Part shown: piece after piece, positions 36,001 to 49,638 of the stretch
How positions within the stretch are numbered: the first letter of the stretch is position 1
Layout: each line of letters starts with the position of its first letter
Notes under the pieces: generated by a model
Told to the model about the DNA's origin: nothing
Database searches by the model: none
What the model saw: only the letters and a program-made list of their open reading frames with translations
Program-made: the position numbers and the translations under genes
NCBI GenBank assembly: GCA_040954595.2
Contig: CM082592.2
Location: 6,613,531 to 6,677,530, forward strand
DNA length: 64,000 nucleotides
Source: Balanoglossus misakiensis
Lineage: Eukaryota > Animalia > Hemichordata
Direction: 5' to 3'

Positions 36001-39000
36001 AATGGCCTTTGTCAAGGCCACCGAGTGTCGTTGTCGAAAATTCCTAAAGGGAACACGACGGCGGCCCCACAGGGAACCGCAGTCAAACGTGACGACGTGA
36101 GTGTCCCCTTCGAACCACTGAATTCCAAGGATGCGTGCAGCTATAGTTTCGGGCGTTTCAGATATTCAAACGCCATCTTCGCCTGTGGCCGAACCAACGA
36201 CACGACCCGTGCGAGCGGACGATGTTCAAACGCTGACCCAGTCAATCTCCCTGTCCTATCATTTATACAAGGGGTACTTCGAAAAGTCATCGTCGTGAAC
36301 CGTTTTTATTAGAACGCGTGTGGAACAGTGCGTCCCTAAAAGCAACGGAATTTCCCAGACGACGTGTAAAAGATCCAATTAATCGCGGGACATCAATCAA
36401 CCATCGGCGTCGACGATATATATTCACTTTAAAAGATTATTACTATTTTTCAATATACATTTGCAGTTAATTGTTTTATTCTTTTGCGACAACGAGCGCT
36501 TAGACTGCTGGTGCACCCTCCCCCCTCCCTCCTTAATCCAAAGGTCGCAGTAGTATTTTGCAGGCAAACGAATAGTTTTCATCATATGTGAAGTATAAGA
36601 CTCGATGAACCCCCGAGGTTAGAGTGGTGTTTCAGCTAAAGTGAGCTTTCAGTTTTCATATTTCACAGGAAAAAAGTTCAATGTCATCTTTAATGAGTCG
36701 CCCGCGCTTGGGTGCACCCTGACACTCCCGTCTAATAATTCGGAACAACTGCTGATGGCGAGGAAGCGATGGAATTGGGCGATAAACATCTGTAACGAAG
36801 ACTTCTGTAACGCTTATGGGAAACCAAAGATGCGTGACTGTATTCATTATGATGCCCACGTGTATTTAATAATTGGAAATAACTCATCATCATCATCACC
36901 GTCATCTTCATTCGATTCTAGCGTGTAAAACAGTTCCGGGCCCAAAGTTATCCCGAGTGAATAAAATATCATTTACAAGTACGGCGATATTTTCGCTCAG
37001 AACACGCGGGCGAATTATATAATTAATATTTCATGGCCAAAACCGCGGGACTCGTTTAAAATTACACATGTTACTGGTAAAAAAAAGTATCTCGCCAATA
37101 TGTCGCAACTTGATTAAAAATTGAAGTTTTAAAAGAATATGGACCTTAATACGCACCTTGAGAGTAACGCAGTATCCAATGGCAAGCCGAAAGCACGAGT
37201 CTCCCGGGCCGATACTTTTTTTTCGACGGAAGGCTGGTGCGCGGGATGGTTCAACTCCGACTTCGTTGCTCGTACAGTCAGTACAGATCGATTTTGATAT
37301 GATTTTCTTTTACAGGAACACACATTTAAGACATCCAACACAATACACCGACGCGGAGTGAAAGCGGTTCTTACAAACACACCGTGTATGCATCGCCCGA
37401 GTCTATACGCGAATATTAATTATGTCGGACAAAACAACGCATATTGGAAGGAGTCAATATGCGTCTCCGACGGACACAGAAAAGGAGACATTTACGTAAA
37501 GGCGGTTGATTCTTTGCATATTGCAGTTCTCGCCGGGGCATGATATTTTGAAGCGGGCAAAACTTTTACAATGATAACAGGATACACAGGCTGACAGGTT
37601 CCACAAAGGGCGTATACACTGAAAAGTTCGAACACGTTACAAAGAAGCGCGGAACATACCTATATCACGAACTGCCGGTAGGGCCAGCTGCATGTCGTTG
37701 CTCGAACAAAGCGATGGCTAAACATATCTCGACATTTTCCGTCCGATATTAAAACTATTGATTGAAGGCTAACGTCCGCATACGCCGACCTTAATATAGG
37801 CAACCGGAGGGAAGCTCTAGGAAAACTGCCTGCCTGGTTTGATTGGCACCGTCCGTATGAAACGCTTCTAGCAATCATTGAGGCACGAAGCCCCCTTCGG
37901 TACAAGTCATATTTTTTTGATTGATGATTTTCCGTTGACGTTCATGATATGACGTTGGGGGAAGTGGTCACGTGATTTGTTTGTTCGATTTTCTTCTCTG
38001 TACAATCCCGCCCGAAATGAAAAGCGTGGGTTTCTCACTCGCCGCAGTTACTATAGTCAAGTTTATTAACGCTGCTCGATACACCTGCTTGAAGTACGAG
38101 CAGATCCAAGCGTAACTTTGGTCTCTAAAAAAAGAAAAAGTTTCCGAAACTTTCTACGTTGTCGCTAGTGATAATCGGCTGTTGTGCGAACATTTACTAT
38201 CAAATCGACCTGTGCGGTGAAAAACTGGTTTGGTTTTCAGGTATAGCGAAACGCCGATCTCCGGGCTTGAGTTACTGAATTTATCGGGTTCCGAAAGTTA
38301 ATTGCGAGCCCCAGAAAGGAGAGTAAAAACACGCCACCATCCGTTAAGAGAGAAAGACGTTGGCAGCGGTAGATTGTGTACATTAGAGAGCCTTCCGGCA
38401 CCGTACAGAACGATCAAGTAAATATTACTTAATAATTTAGTGACATTTCTCCATCTGTTCTGTTCTGGTGGCGATCAATGAGAAGTCGGGCATAAAACCC
38501 CGGACCCGCCGGCGTTTGCCGTCGGACTTTCGGTTACAAAGACGCGAGGATTACGCCCCCATCAAGGCTTTTAGCGGGGCTGTTCTGGTGAACTGCTGCG
38601 ATGGGGATATCATTTTCCCCGATCACTTTCTAAAAGGATAATCATAACAAAATCGTTTCTCTTGTGTTTTGTACACAATAACTCAGATATCTTTTGCAGG
38701 AAAGTGACGATGAATACTAAGCTTCTGCTTCTTAATATTTACCATGACACAAATAAATTAAAACTGTCATCTCCAAATGTGATTGATTGCTTTTAATTAG
38801 CATGCGAAGATAAAGTTGTAGCGCCGCGGTGTTAAAATACATAATGACTTGATTGGAGGAAGAGTCGTTAAAGAAACGGCTTCTTTGTACATTTTATTGC
38901 GCGCCCACTCTCGTTGCTGGTTTCTGCTACACGCCAGCCAACTTGGGGGGGGGGGGGAGGGGTTAAAGTTCTGGTCGGACTGAGAAGGGAAAGAGGGGGA

Positions 39001-39619
39001 GGAAGAGAAAGGGAGAGAGAGATAGAAAAGAGCACCACCATATGTTCTTTAGAACGCCCAAATACGTCATTTCAGCCATATATGGGCGTATGTAAATTTG
39101 AGGTGACTAGGAATGCCAGCATTTCACTCATTTAGACATGTTTAATTCCCTAACTACAGAAGTCAATTCTGATACCGACGATGTCCGTTAAGCGAGAGTG
39201 AAGTAACAGACGGCACAGGTTGGCATTGAGAGAATGTACATACTACAGGAATGACAGTCAGTGTCAATGACCACCGTCAAATGATTCATATCGCCAATTC
39301 ATTCACGTAAAGCGTTCTATAGATTACCGATGTCTTACAAGAGAGGCCGAGCAAGCAATAATCGTGATGGCGTTCTACACGCAGCCTTCCTTCCCTTCAA
39401 TTCACGCAGACTGAAAATAATTTCCGTCGATTTTCAGAAAGAAAAGGGGGATGATTAATGGCTTAAAATAGACGAAATGGCTATAATTAGGGCTCTATTT
39501 TGTCCCGGGTTAAGATCTGTCAGTGCGCGTCTGTTGCGTCAGTTGGAACTCTCACAAACAGGATCCGCGTGAAGCAGTTTACTTCTATTGACCACCTGCG
39601 GTTGAGAGAGGGGCATAGG

Positions 39620-39648
39620 GAGACAGACAGACAGACATACAGATAGAA
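39620..39648. repeat. (AGAC)n-like microsatellite
   Basis: agacagacagacagacatacagatag. Confidence 0.7.
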
Positions 39649-40329
39649 GGACAGAATATTGTTCTTTGTCATAAATTAAAATGTTCTGTATTCAAGTCAT
39701 AAATACACATTTGGAAAGGGACAATAAAGAATTTATCAACGCGTCTTCAGCGTACAAATACTAATTTCTATATCAAACAAAATGCGTTCACCAGACGATC
39801 ATCTATCACTTCAAAACTTCATTTGAGTTTTACTGAATACAATCAGAGGGCACAGATATACATGTACAAGGCGCCGGCATAGGCTATAGTATACAGCCGA
39901 GGGACTAGTTATAGTAAAAATTAATTAGCTCTGAGAGAAATTTACGAAAATAATTCAGTGAAAATCGTGGCGAAATAATTAAAACAGTTTAATTCAATGA
40001 TCATATCTCGCAAGCCCGAGTGTACGATTCGTCATACAAAAAGCCTTGCCGGAACTTTTTTTGTCTGTCAACCGCAGAATGAAATAGTTTCTCCTTCGCG
40101 CCTTTATACTGTTTTGTCAGTTACAGCTGGTCATGCTTTCACTCTCTGAATAGAATATCTTTACAGGCGCGACTTGGGGGAGATTCTTGACATCGGCATA
40201 AAGCTGTGCGTTCACAAAGGGCAGGTCGAGACTAGATGAATAGAAAATTTCGCGGGTGATAGAGGGAGACCTGAAAATTATGTTAGTGTCAGACTCAGAG
40301 GCCTCTCATTTGTGACGAAAACTTGTATA

Positions 40330-40377
40330 TGTGTGTGTGCGTGTGTGTGTCTAGTCTCTGTCTGTCTGTCTGTCTGT
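40330..40377. repeat. (TG)n + (TCTG)n microsatellite
   Basis: gtgtgtgtgcgtgtgtgtgt followed by tctgtctgtctgtctgtctg. Confidence 0.75.
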
Positions 40378-43300
40378 ACATGTATATGTATCTACATGTA
40401 TGTCACCAGATGAGTCATTCGGCTCTCAAGTAAACAGTTCCCAGCGTTTCCACAACAGAGGGCGTCGATTGATAAATCACGCCGTGAGTCACGGAAGACT
40501 TGCTTGACGCACGGTCACTTTTTTGGGCCCGATGTGAAGTGACCGTGCTTGACGCAACGAAGCACAGAGGAATGTTTTAAACCAGCCGTCCGCCTCAACC
40601 GATCGGGGTCGGTACTCCAAACCGCCCATTACCGTAATGTCACCAATTCGCCCTTTCCTTCCTGTACCTGGCGGGAATCAATTTGTGGACTCTTTTATTA
40701 ATCCTAGCGGATGGCCGTGTTTTCAGTGAAAGTTAACCGATTATGGCAGTTAACTTGAGTGACGCGTGCGGCCTGCGTAATGGGACCTACAGCAAAGTGT
40801 CATCTAAAATATTCCATGATATAAACAGAAAATCGCGTTGAACAAAACATGATCAAATAGCTGATCCGCAGTTTGAACGACTGACTTCACAGAAGACTAT
40901 GACTGGACAAATATTGCTACCGGATCAGAAGTGATTCGCGTGTAAATCGCTTGCAAAAGTCCACGTATACATTGTACACGTGATCTCGAATTCTATGGAC
41001 ATTTCCGGTCGCGGTTTTTTTAATGGTTGCTTATCATGACAGCGTTGCTTTAACCAGTAATTGTTCACGGAAACAGTTCCATTTCTAGAACATTTGTTAC
41101 CAAAAAAGTCAAACGATCATGTGAGCGATACGTTACTGTGAAGTAGGCGCCGTCTAAATTATGCATATGCTCGTACGTGGAATTAATATAGTTTGGTTAT
41201 GTGCATACCTTGGGAAAGTGGAGAGGGTATGGCCACGTTTAAGAGTGAACAGACAGACGTACAAAAGACCAACCATTTCTCGGTGTGACCCCAAACACAA
41301 TCGAGAAATACGGTGCCTTTGCCCCCGAGAGACAAAATGTTTTAATCGCTCAGAATTTGCGCTCCTGTGTGACAACGTACTTACTCTATATCTAAACGCC
41401 AAACGGATGGCTGTGGCTATTTCTGGGCGGAAACGCATTCGCCTGAGCGCTATAAAGTTATAAAGTGTCCATATAGGTAAACTCTTCGTGTTTCTTTTCC
41501 TGTACTCATGCATTTAACATACACTATATAATTACAGTACAGTCATATTACCGGGATTTTAAAACTTCCTCGCTTCTTATCCGCCTTTTCCTCCCCCTCC
41601 CCGCTCCCCACCCCTCTTTCTGTCGAGAAACTTGAAACCGCCGTTTGTTTACTGTCCACAGAAAACGGTTAACTGTGAGAATACAATAAATAAAATGTCG
41701 TCTTTGCGGTGTAAAGACCACGCCAGGTGACCGCTAACCTCGGTCACTCTTACAATCGGTACGGCGTGACCGAGAAAGGCGAAAGCGTGTGTGTGTGGGG
41801 GGGGGGGGGGGGGAGGGTGGGGGGGGGGTTAACTTATCCGGCTGCCCAAATAGACGTTTATATCAGTCGTCGATCCGTTTCGTTTCTTTGATTTGTTTTA
41901 TTTATTTTGCCGCATGCACCATTCTGACTGCCCGTAGCTATAACTCCCTAGCGCCCACCAAGGGCACAGGGGAACCCTACCACCATAAAAGCAGCGACGA
42001 AAGAACCAATGTCAACTCGTCACAGACTCCCTAGTTGTAGTTCTGATAGAAACACTCACCTTGAGATTAAAGTATGTCCTGTCGTAACCATGGCGATCCT
42101 ACTTCTGACTAAGAATACGCAGACAGATTCCCACTACGTGGTCGCTGGTTTCTGCGTGTGTAGAAAATACATGGCAACTGTTTTGTACTTTACAAGATCA
42201 ACATAGCAGTCACTGTACATGACCTTCCCCGTGGACTTTCACTCGGAACTTGTCAAGGTGCTGGAAAAGTCGCCCTTGTGCTGTTAAGAAAATCCGATCG
42301 TCTGAATTCTGGCTGTCGGTGATGTCATACAAATACTATTGCCGATCAGATCACGCCAGGTAAAACCACAGCCAGCAGAATAAAAAGTGGAGTGATGGAA
42401 GGCACTCTCTCGTTTCTTTAAGGCGACCGGTGACCTACTTGGGTCACGCTCTGTTTTCTTGTTGCTGAGGCGTGGGCGACCCTCACGTCGACAAGGGAAC
42501 TCAATGGGGTGTAATGTCCATCGGTATACAAAAGCTATATGACGTGCGCCACACCTTTGAAGACCCCCGGGCTGTAGATTCAGGGATGGGCCGAGCAAGA
42601 TTTTGCATGTTACCTGTTGCTTGCAAGCAGAGATCAATGTCAAGATACGACAGCCGTACACTTAATGGGGGCCCGTTCTGGTCAAAATTATGTTTTATTA
42701 ATTTAATGCGGTAGAATGAATTTTTTTGTAGACTGGAATTAATTTTGCTAGAATCTCGAATTAACTTCATGTTGTGTCGAATTAATTTTGGCCGATCCCA
42801 CAGTCCTTTGCGCACGCTTACTTAAATCAAGATGGCGGCGGCTGACAATGTCTTTCTTGCATAAAGTTCAAAAAGGGGACGTTGTATGTGAAACGTTTCG
42901 GGGCGGTGTGCTCGATAGTCGAAATACATGGTCTGGTCTTTCCATCTGGCAAAAAGAGTCAAAAATGCAGATATTTGTAAATGTTCTTATTCTGATTAGA
43001 ATCTTAGGACGCATTGTTTGTGAATAGATATTTAGGTGACGATGATGTTCAGTTGATTTTCCCCTAATCCAACATTTCAAAGCAAATGGTAAACTCTTTC
43101 GGGTGTGGAATCGTTTGATGTTCTAAATGTCTGGCGAACTACAACAAAAAAGTAATCCGAAATTTCATCAGTTTTGTAGCCGTGTCAGCACTTTTGATGC
43201 GGGTCACGTGATGTGACTTGAGACTCGTCAATGCAAAGTTTTCGCTGCTGATTGGCTGGAGCCACCTGGACCACCTCCACTTGGAAATTTCCGTCTAGCC

Positions 43301-44699
43301 TTCCATGCATTTTCATTTGAGAGTCAGACGGCCACGCTGCTGCACGGACCACGAGAAGATGCGGAGAACTCTGCCCCAAAACAGAGTTTCTCCGCTGGAT
43401 AGTTTTCATGACGACAGCGGTAAGTAAAGTAACAGAAGTAGACACGGTTACTCAATTTTTGACCAGGAAACATGGGTTATTGTGTGGCGAGTTACGGACA
43501 ACTAAAAAGCCAGACGTTTACACCACAGAATTGAAAAATTGGATACGTCACAGTCAGACCGCTCGAGTCAGCGCTTCCCTGCGTTTTATTCACAAATTCA
43601 ACCCTTTCGCGTTACTCAACTTGAGATGTACGGTTTATCAAATTTAGACGATTCGGTGTTATAGCTCTACTGGTGGGCGGTAGTTTTTTTTTACATAAAA
43701 AACAAGGTAGTTTTTCTGGAAAGGGGAGGGGCCCACGATAAATTCGTAGCGGGTTCGATGAACTGACAGCGGGCCCACGTGTAGTCTGCGTGTTTTCGAG
43801 TTTGAGCGAATGCAAATTTGTGTTACACTACCAGACAATGGCAAAAATAAGCTTTGAAACGCTTCATTGGGAACAGTTATTTTTGAGTGTCCGTGCAAGC
43901 TTTGCCAAAAAATATTTTTTTTTTATCGGAGTTTTAAATGTTCCGCTTGGCTGCAGTCCTAAACTTGAAAATATATAAATGTACGCAGTGCCATGCTGAG
44001 GTTTCAGACTACTTATTGTCAGCGAAGCCCTACAACATGCATTGTCGTCGTGTGTGATGTACAATATGCGAAGGAACAACAGTTTAACGTACGGTGATCA
44101 CGGTTGATATTTGGTTTCGTGTTCATGGATAGGCACTCAATTTGTTTCCTTATTTTTTGCAGACCGAAGGCCCAGATGAACTGATACGTTCCACGTGGAT
44201 GCTATGATGTTACAAGCATGATGTCAAAGTAAGCGGTATCAGCCAAGTTTTTTTGGCACTTTTTAAGATTTTTCAACGATTCTGACTGGTGCCGGTAGCC
44301 AGTTCAGCGAACCGATTTTGCACAAACCTGAAAGATTTAACAATACGAGTGCTATATATGGATACCATTCAGTGTTTTAGAACCAACATGACTACATGCT
44401 CGGTGTATGGGTCATTTTTTGTTACGGCACCAACAAGTTCATCGGCTTTGAATGCTTCGAAAGGTGCTCGTTGTTGTGAATGTGTGTGTGCATGAGTGTA
44501 CGGTAAGTTGTATGGTATATTTGGGCCATGCAGCTAGACTACAATGAGGTGAGCGTTTGTATGATCCATGGCTGAATGAAGACCAGTGGATGAAGTTTCG
44601 TAACAAGTAAGTTATATAGACATAAATAAAATCCCCGGTGCGGGTGGGTCCCATCCCTTAGACTGTTGGTTTAATATAATTAATACGCGTTTTTTCAGA

Positions 44700-45415
44700 T
44701 ATGTTATCTTTCATCATTATTCAATAAAAAATATTAAAAACCTACACGCACTCATAATACTGGGAGTGGTTTATTTCCGTACCGATCATCTTCGCGCGTG
44801 CGTACATAGTCAATATAAGTTTTTTGAGATTTGTGATCTTTCGTCATTATTCAATAAAAAAAATATTAAAAACATACACGTCTTGATAAAACTGGGAGTG
44901 GTTTATTTCCGTACCGATCATCTTCGCGCGTGCGTATATAGTTAATATAAGTTTGAGATTTGTCATCTTTCCTCATTATTCAATAAAAAATATTAAAAAC
45001 ATACACGTCTTGATAAAACTGAGTGTTTATTTCCGTACCGATCATCTTTGCGCGTGCGTATATAGTTAATATAAGTTTGAGATTTGTCATCTTTCCTCGT
45101 TATTCAATAAAAAAAATATTAAACACATACACGTCTTGATAAAACTGAGTGTTTATTTTCGTACCGATCATCTTCCCGCATGCGTATTTAGTTGATAGAT
45201 TTGTAATCTTTCGTCATTTTTCAATAAAAATTATTAAAAACATACACTACTAATAAAACTGGGAGTGGTTTATTTCCTTACTTTCCAGGTTTTTTGTCGA
45301 GATTTGTAATCTTTTCACATTTACTCCAATAAATAAAACGTTATTAAAACATGTACTGGTATAACCCGAGTGGTTTATTTTGCACTCATCTTCGCTTGTG
45401 TGTATGTATGTGTTC
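44700..45415. repeat. Tandem repeat, unit ~120-130 bp, about 5.5 copies
   Basis: Recurring ATCTTTC.TCATTATTCAATAAAAAA.TATTAAAAACATACACG...GTTTATTTCCGTACCGATCATCTTCGCGCGTGCGTA, with units starting near 44706, 44836, 44965, 45089, 45206 and a degenerate one near 45309. Confidence 0.9.
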
Positions 45416-46235
45416 ATGAATATTAAAAAAAATAGACATTCACTTCATTTGCTTGTTTTGCAGATACAGAGACCAGAGTGTTTTTCGCCATGCAGCGGTA
45501 TAGCTGGGTGAGGTAAGGGCAGGTATGTTCCATGGCTGAACGGTAATGAATATTACAGACATTAATTCACTTCATTTGCTTGTTTTGCAGATCCAGAGAA
45601 GAGATCAACTCATAATGGTATTCATCAACCAAGCTGGGGCCTAACTGACAAGTTATTTTCGCCATGCAGCAGTATAGCTGGGTGCGGTAAGGGCAGGTAT
45701 GTTCCATGGCCGAACGATCATGAATATTACAGACATTCACTTCATTTCCTTGTTTTGCAGATCCAGAGAAGAGATCAACTCATAATGGTATTCATCAACC
45801 AAGCTGGGGCCTAACTGACTAGTTATTTTCGCCATGCAGCAGTATAGCTGGGTGCGGTAAGGGCAGGTATGTTCCATGGCCGAACGATTATGAATATTAC
45901 AGACATTCACTTAATTTCCTTGTTTTGCAGACCCAGAAACGAGATCAACTCATAATGGTATTCATCAACCAAGCTGGGGCCTAACTGACAAGTTATTTTC
46001 ACCATGCAGCAGTATAGCTGGGTGAGGTAAGGGCAGGTATGTTCCATGGCCGAACGATCATGAATATTACAGACATTCACTCCATTTCCTTGTTTTGCAG
46101 ATCCAGAGACGAGATCAACTCATAATGGTATTCACCAACCAAGCTGGGGCCTAACTGACTAGTTATTTTCGCCATGCAGCGGTATAGCTGGGTGCGGCAA
46201 TGGCAGTATGTTCAATATGGCTGAACGAAGACCAG
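45416..46235 (+). repeat. Tandem repeat, unit 170 bp, 4 full copies plus one internally deleted copy
   Basis: TGAATATTACAGACATT at 45547, 45721, 45891 and 46061. The units are nearly identical. Confidence 0.92.
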
Positions 46236-49200
46236 GGGTTTCAGGCAAGGTTTGTCAAGCGATATATGTTTTCAAGGTGGCCATTTTGAAGATTTTTTTT
46301 CGATTCAGACTGGTGCCGTTACCCAGTCAAGCGAACTGATTTTGCACAAACCTGCATGTAACAATATGGACCCGGTACTATATGTGGATGTCAATTCAAG
46401 GTTTTAAAACCGACCTGACTGCTAGATGCAAGGGGCGGCCATTTTGTTATGGCACAAACATGTTCGCCATCTTTGTAGGAGACATTCATTTACACACTTT
46501 TCATTTATTCCAGGGATCCCATAGATGATGCTAAGATGATTGCCAGCCTGTGTGATCGATATCAAGAGATTACAGCATGATTGTGGGAAGGTAAGAATTG
46601 TGGGAAACAAAATTGAGAGGTGTGGATGGGGGGGGGGGGGGGGGTGTTTGTTCACATTGTCCAGGAGTTGTCGGTTTAACTAAGTACAATTATAAGCTTA
46701 TATGGGCAGATCTCTATCGTTGTTGCAGTAAAATTTAATCGTGTTGTCGAATAGAGAGTGAAATTCCAGGCCGCCGTACTGAGTTGCATGATGTACCATC
46801 TGCGAATGAAGAACACTTGGCGTACATTCGTGATCATGCTTTGTTTCATGTCCATGGATATTATAGTCATTCATTTCTACATTGCTTGTTTTGCAGATGC
46901 AAAGACCAGATTCGTATCCGGCAACCAAGCTGAGGACGAAGTGTGCTTTTTCTGAATTTTAGTATTCTTTGCATTGGTAGATTTGTTATCCATCAATGGA
47001 GATACAACGAAAATGGTTTGAGCTTCACAGAAGTAATGTACTTACTTGCTCCTTTTTCATATTGTAAGTATACAGATAATACTGTATACATGTATCCTCT
47101 TTTGTTTATGGTTTCTAAACTTTGAAATAAAATTTGTCAATGAAATTAAAATGAAATACTTGTTTCTGTATCATTTAATTACCCCAACACTGCACTTCCT
47201 TGATGTTGAGAAAATTGAAACAGGTAAGTTCAACAGTAACATACTCTGCTGTCCCAATGAACCTCAAAAAGCGTCAGGTTTGCAACCATTATAGATACTG
47301 ACATATGCAAAGAGTTAGTCCAAAGTCATCACAATTTTGGCAAACTAATTCTAATTTGTCCAATGTCATCATCGAACCACATCGTCCAACTCGGTGAACG
47401 TCCACAGAAAATGGCGAATACACTGTAAAGGTGGGGGAAGGGCGCCCCTTACGCCAATTTTCCATTTGACGTGCAGCCCAGACGACAAAGTTATGGACGG
47501 CTCACACCTTTCAATAAATTAGTGTCATAAACATATCGCACACATACAGATAAGCTCAGATAAATGATTTTATTAGTGTCATTTGAAATCCTGTACCATT
47601 TTATCTTGTCATCACTGTAAATACATCGATGGAAGCTCCAACACAAAATTAAAATGGATTCGAGAGACCTGTTTCCGTTGATCGCAGGCTGAACCCTTCT
47701 TCGCGCACAGCGGGATAATACGAGTCAAGCTGCTTTGACCAAAAAATCGTCAATTTACCATATTAGGAAGCATTCTGATGGCCGGAGATATCAATACACA
47801 TATTTTGACCTTCCCTATTACTCATGTTGTTACAAGGCGTCAAAATATGGCTAGTTTCATCCAACGTGATCGTATCTGTGCTTGGAAGGTTCAATGATGA
47901 TTTATTTTCAAATGTAGGCTTGGTGAAGGGAAGGAGACTCGGAGGAAGTCTCAAAGCTGTCAGAAAGAGAGACGCACCAATATTGTTGCCATGTCGACGC
48001 TTGTTTCTGTTTTTTTTTGAAGAGTGACCGCCTGCAAAATTACTTCAAACATCGGCGAGTTTATGATGGTTTGGTTTCAAACATACTCGTCGGAAATAGG
48101 GTAGGTATGTATATGAAATAAAAATGCGAGAAACCTTTTCTTCTCAACTACATATCCGTCAATGACAGTCAACAGTATATACCGCTCCGCAGCAAATATT
48201 TTCATTCACACTTTTTACACACTCTTTCTCTACTTAAAGTTGTTTTATCAACAGTTATCTCCAAAACGCCTTTTTCCTGTTGTCCCTTTTAAGCCCGTTG
48301 TTGATACGTAGCCTTCCGAATCTCCGATCACACTCACATTAATTTTGCGTCCTACATATTTGGGTTGGTGCGCTTGCAAGCAGAAGGTAGCTTACTTACC
48401 TCAAGGACGGGAAACGACCGACAAAAACACAACTCATCAAATGATGAGCTGTTTTCGCATTTTCTATCGATTTCATCCCATTTTAGAAAACATGACTAAT
48501 TGGCTTGTGTGTCACCTACAGAGGGGGTTTGCGAGCCCCTTGCGCAGAGACACTGGAGTTTTATGGCCCGGGTATAGACACAGTTTGTAGTTTATTAACT
48601 GAGCCGAGTCGCATTTTTCATACACTTGTGGACGTCCATAAAATCCCGCTTCACCACACCAACCAACCAACCAACCGGCGGCTTGTGCGTATAGGGAGAT
48701 TACGGCTCGGGGTTAAATTCCAGTCTCGGACGCGCTCCGGTATCTTCGCTGTGCCCGACATTCCCCGGGATCATATCGTCATGCACCGGGTGGCATACAG
48801 CAGAGTTTCGTGTGTTACGTATACGCGTGTGTGAGGATTTAAGATAACGGTAGATTCACATCGGGACCGCCGGGGCAGCCGTTTGGGATTTCTCTGCAAG
48901 GCACGTTCTCCAAGTCTTGTGAATTGGAATTTTGGGGCAACCGAAGACCGCTCTCTGGACCGAAGATCTCGACTAACGGCACCACCGCTGACCGACCACC
49001 TGTTTGATCTCTCCCCCGTGTGTCACTTTAATCACTGTTTGCATTTGTCCGACAAGTTTAGCAAGCGAGGCGAGTTTTTCTTCCAATTTTACATAATGTA
49101 AACAAGAATGACACCAAGCCTATAAAATCAGATTGTCGCGGATAGTGACAGCCTATCGTCACACGTATCACTTGCAAATCTCTGTTGACTCTTGAAGTTG

Positions 49201-49316
49201 TATCGCAAGACGGTGGCGATGGGTCGCGTAATAGGACAGAACCCTTGAGACCCGGCCGCTGCTGTTGGGTCCTTCCGCGCCTCTCGGATTCTTTGTGTGT
49301 GTATAGTATAGGAACG

Positions 49317-49638
49317 ATGGCTGTCAGCAGAACTGCTGTATTTTACCTCGTTTCATTTTTGAGTCTCATCGCCGGCTGCACCTGCACGGTTTACAAAATC
49401 GGTTTGCTGATTCCGTGGGACCCGTCGCCGGACCGGCTGTACTCGGGCCAAACGTCGGCCGGCGCCGCCACGGTGGCCACCGACACGATCAACGCCAATT
49501 CGTCCGTCCTACCCAACACCACGCTGGAAGTCGTGTGGAGGGACACTGAGTGCGACTCCAAGACCGCCATGGTGGCCGCATTCGATCTTCTACAGAACGA
49601 AGGGGTCCTCGCCTACATTGGCCCTCCATGTCCAGAAC
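49317..49638 (+). CDS. First coding exon of a receptor-type guanylyl cyclase / natriuretic peptide receptor-like protein (signal peptide + start of ANF-receptor ligand-binding domain); the rest lies beyond the window or was not found
   Basis: ATG in good context (ACGATGG), signal peptide MAVSRTAVFYLVSFLSLIAGCTC, then KIGLLIPW..SAGAATVATDTINANSSVLPNTTLEVVWRDTECD..GVLAYIGPPCP, typical of periplasmic-binding-protein-type ectodomains of membrane guanylyl cyclases. Perfect donor GTAAGT at 49639. A class C GPCR ectodomain cannot be fully excluded from this exon alone. Confidence 0.8.

Noticed and set aside
42655-43790. Possible element bounded by GGGCCC-containing inverted ends, with short GAATTAATTTT-like repeats inside
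   Set aside because: End similarity is too weak and no target-site duplication is visible.
31200-49200. Many 60-165 aa ORFs in the intergenic region (e.g. 35387-35881, 41154-41513, 41161-41463, 42284-42661)
   Set aside because: They show no recognisable protein motifs and no consistent splice-phase chain. Small exons could still have been missed.
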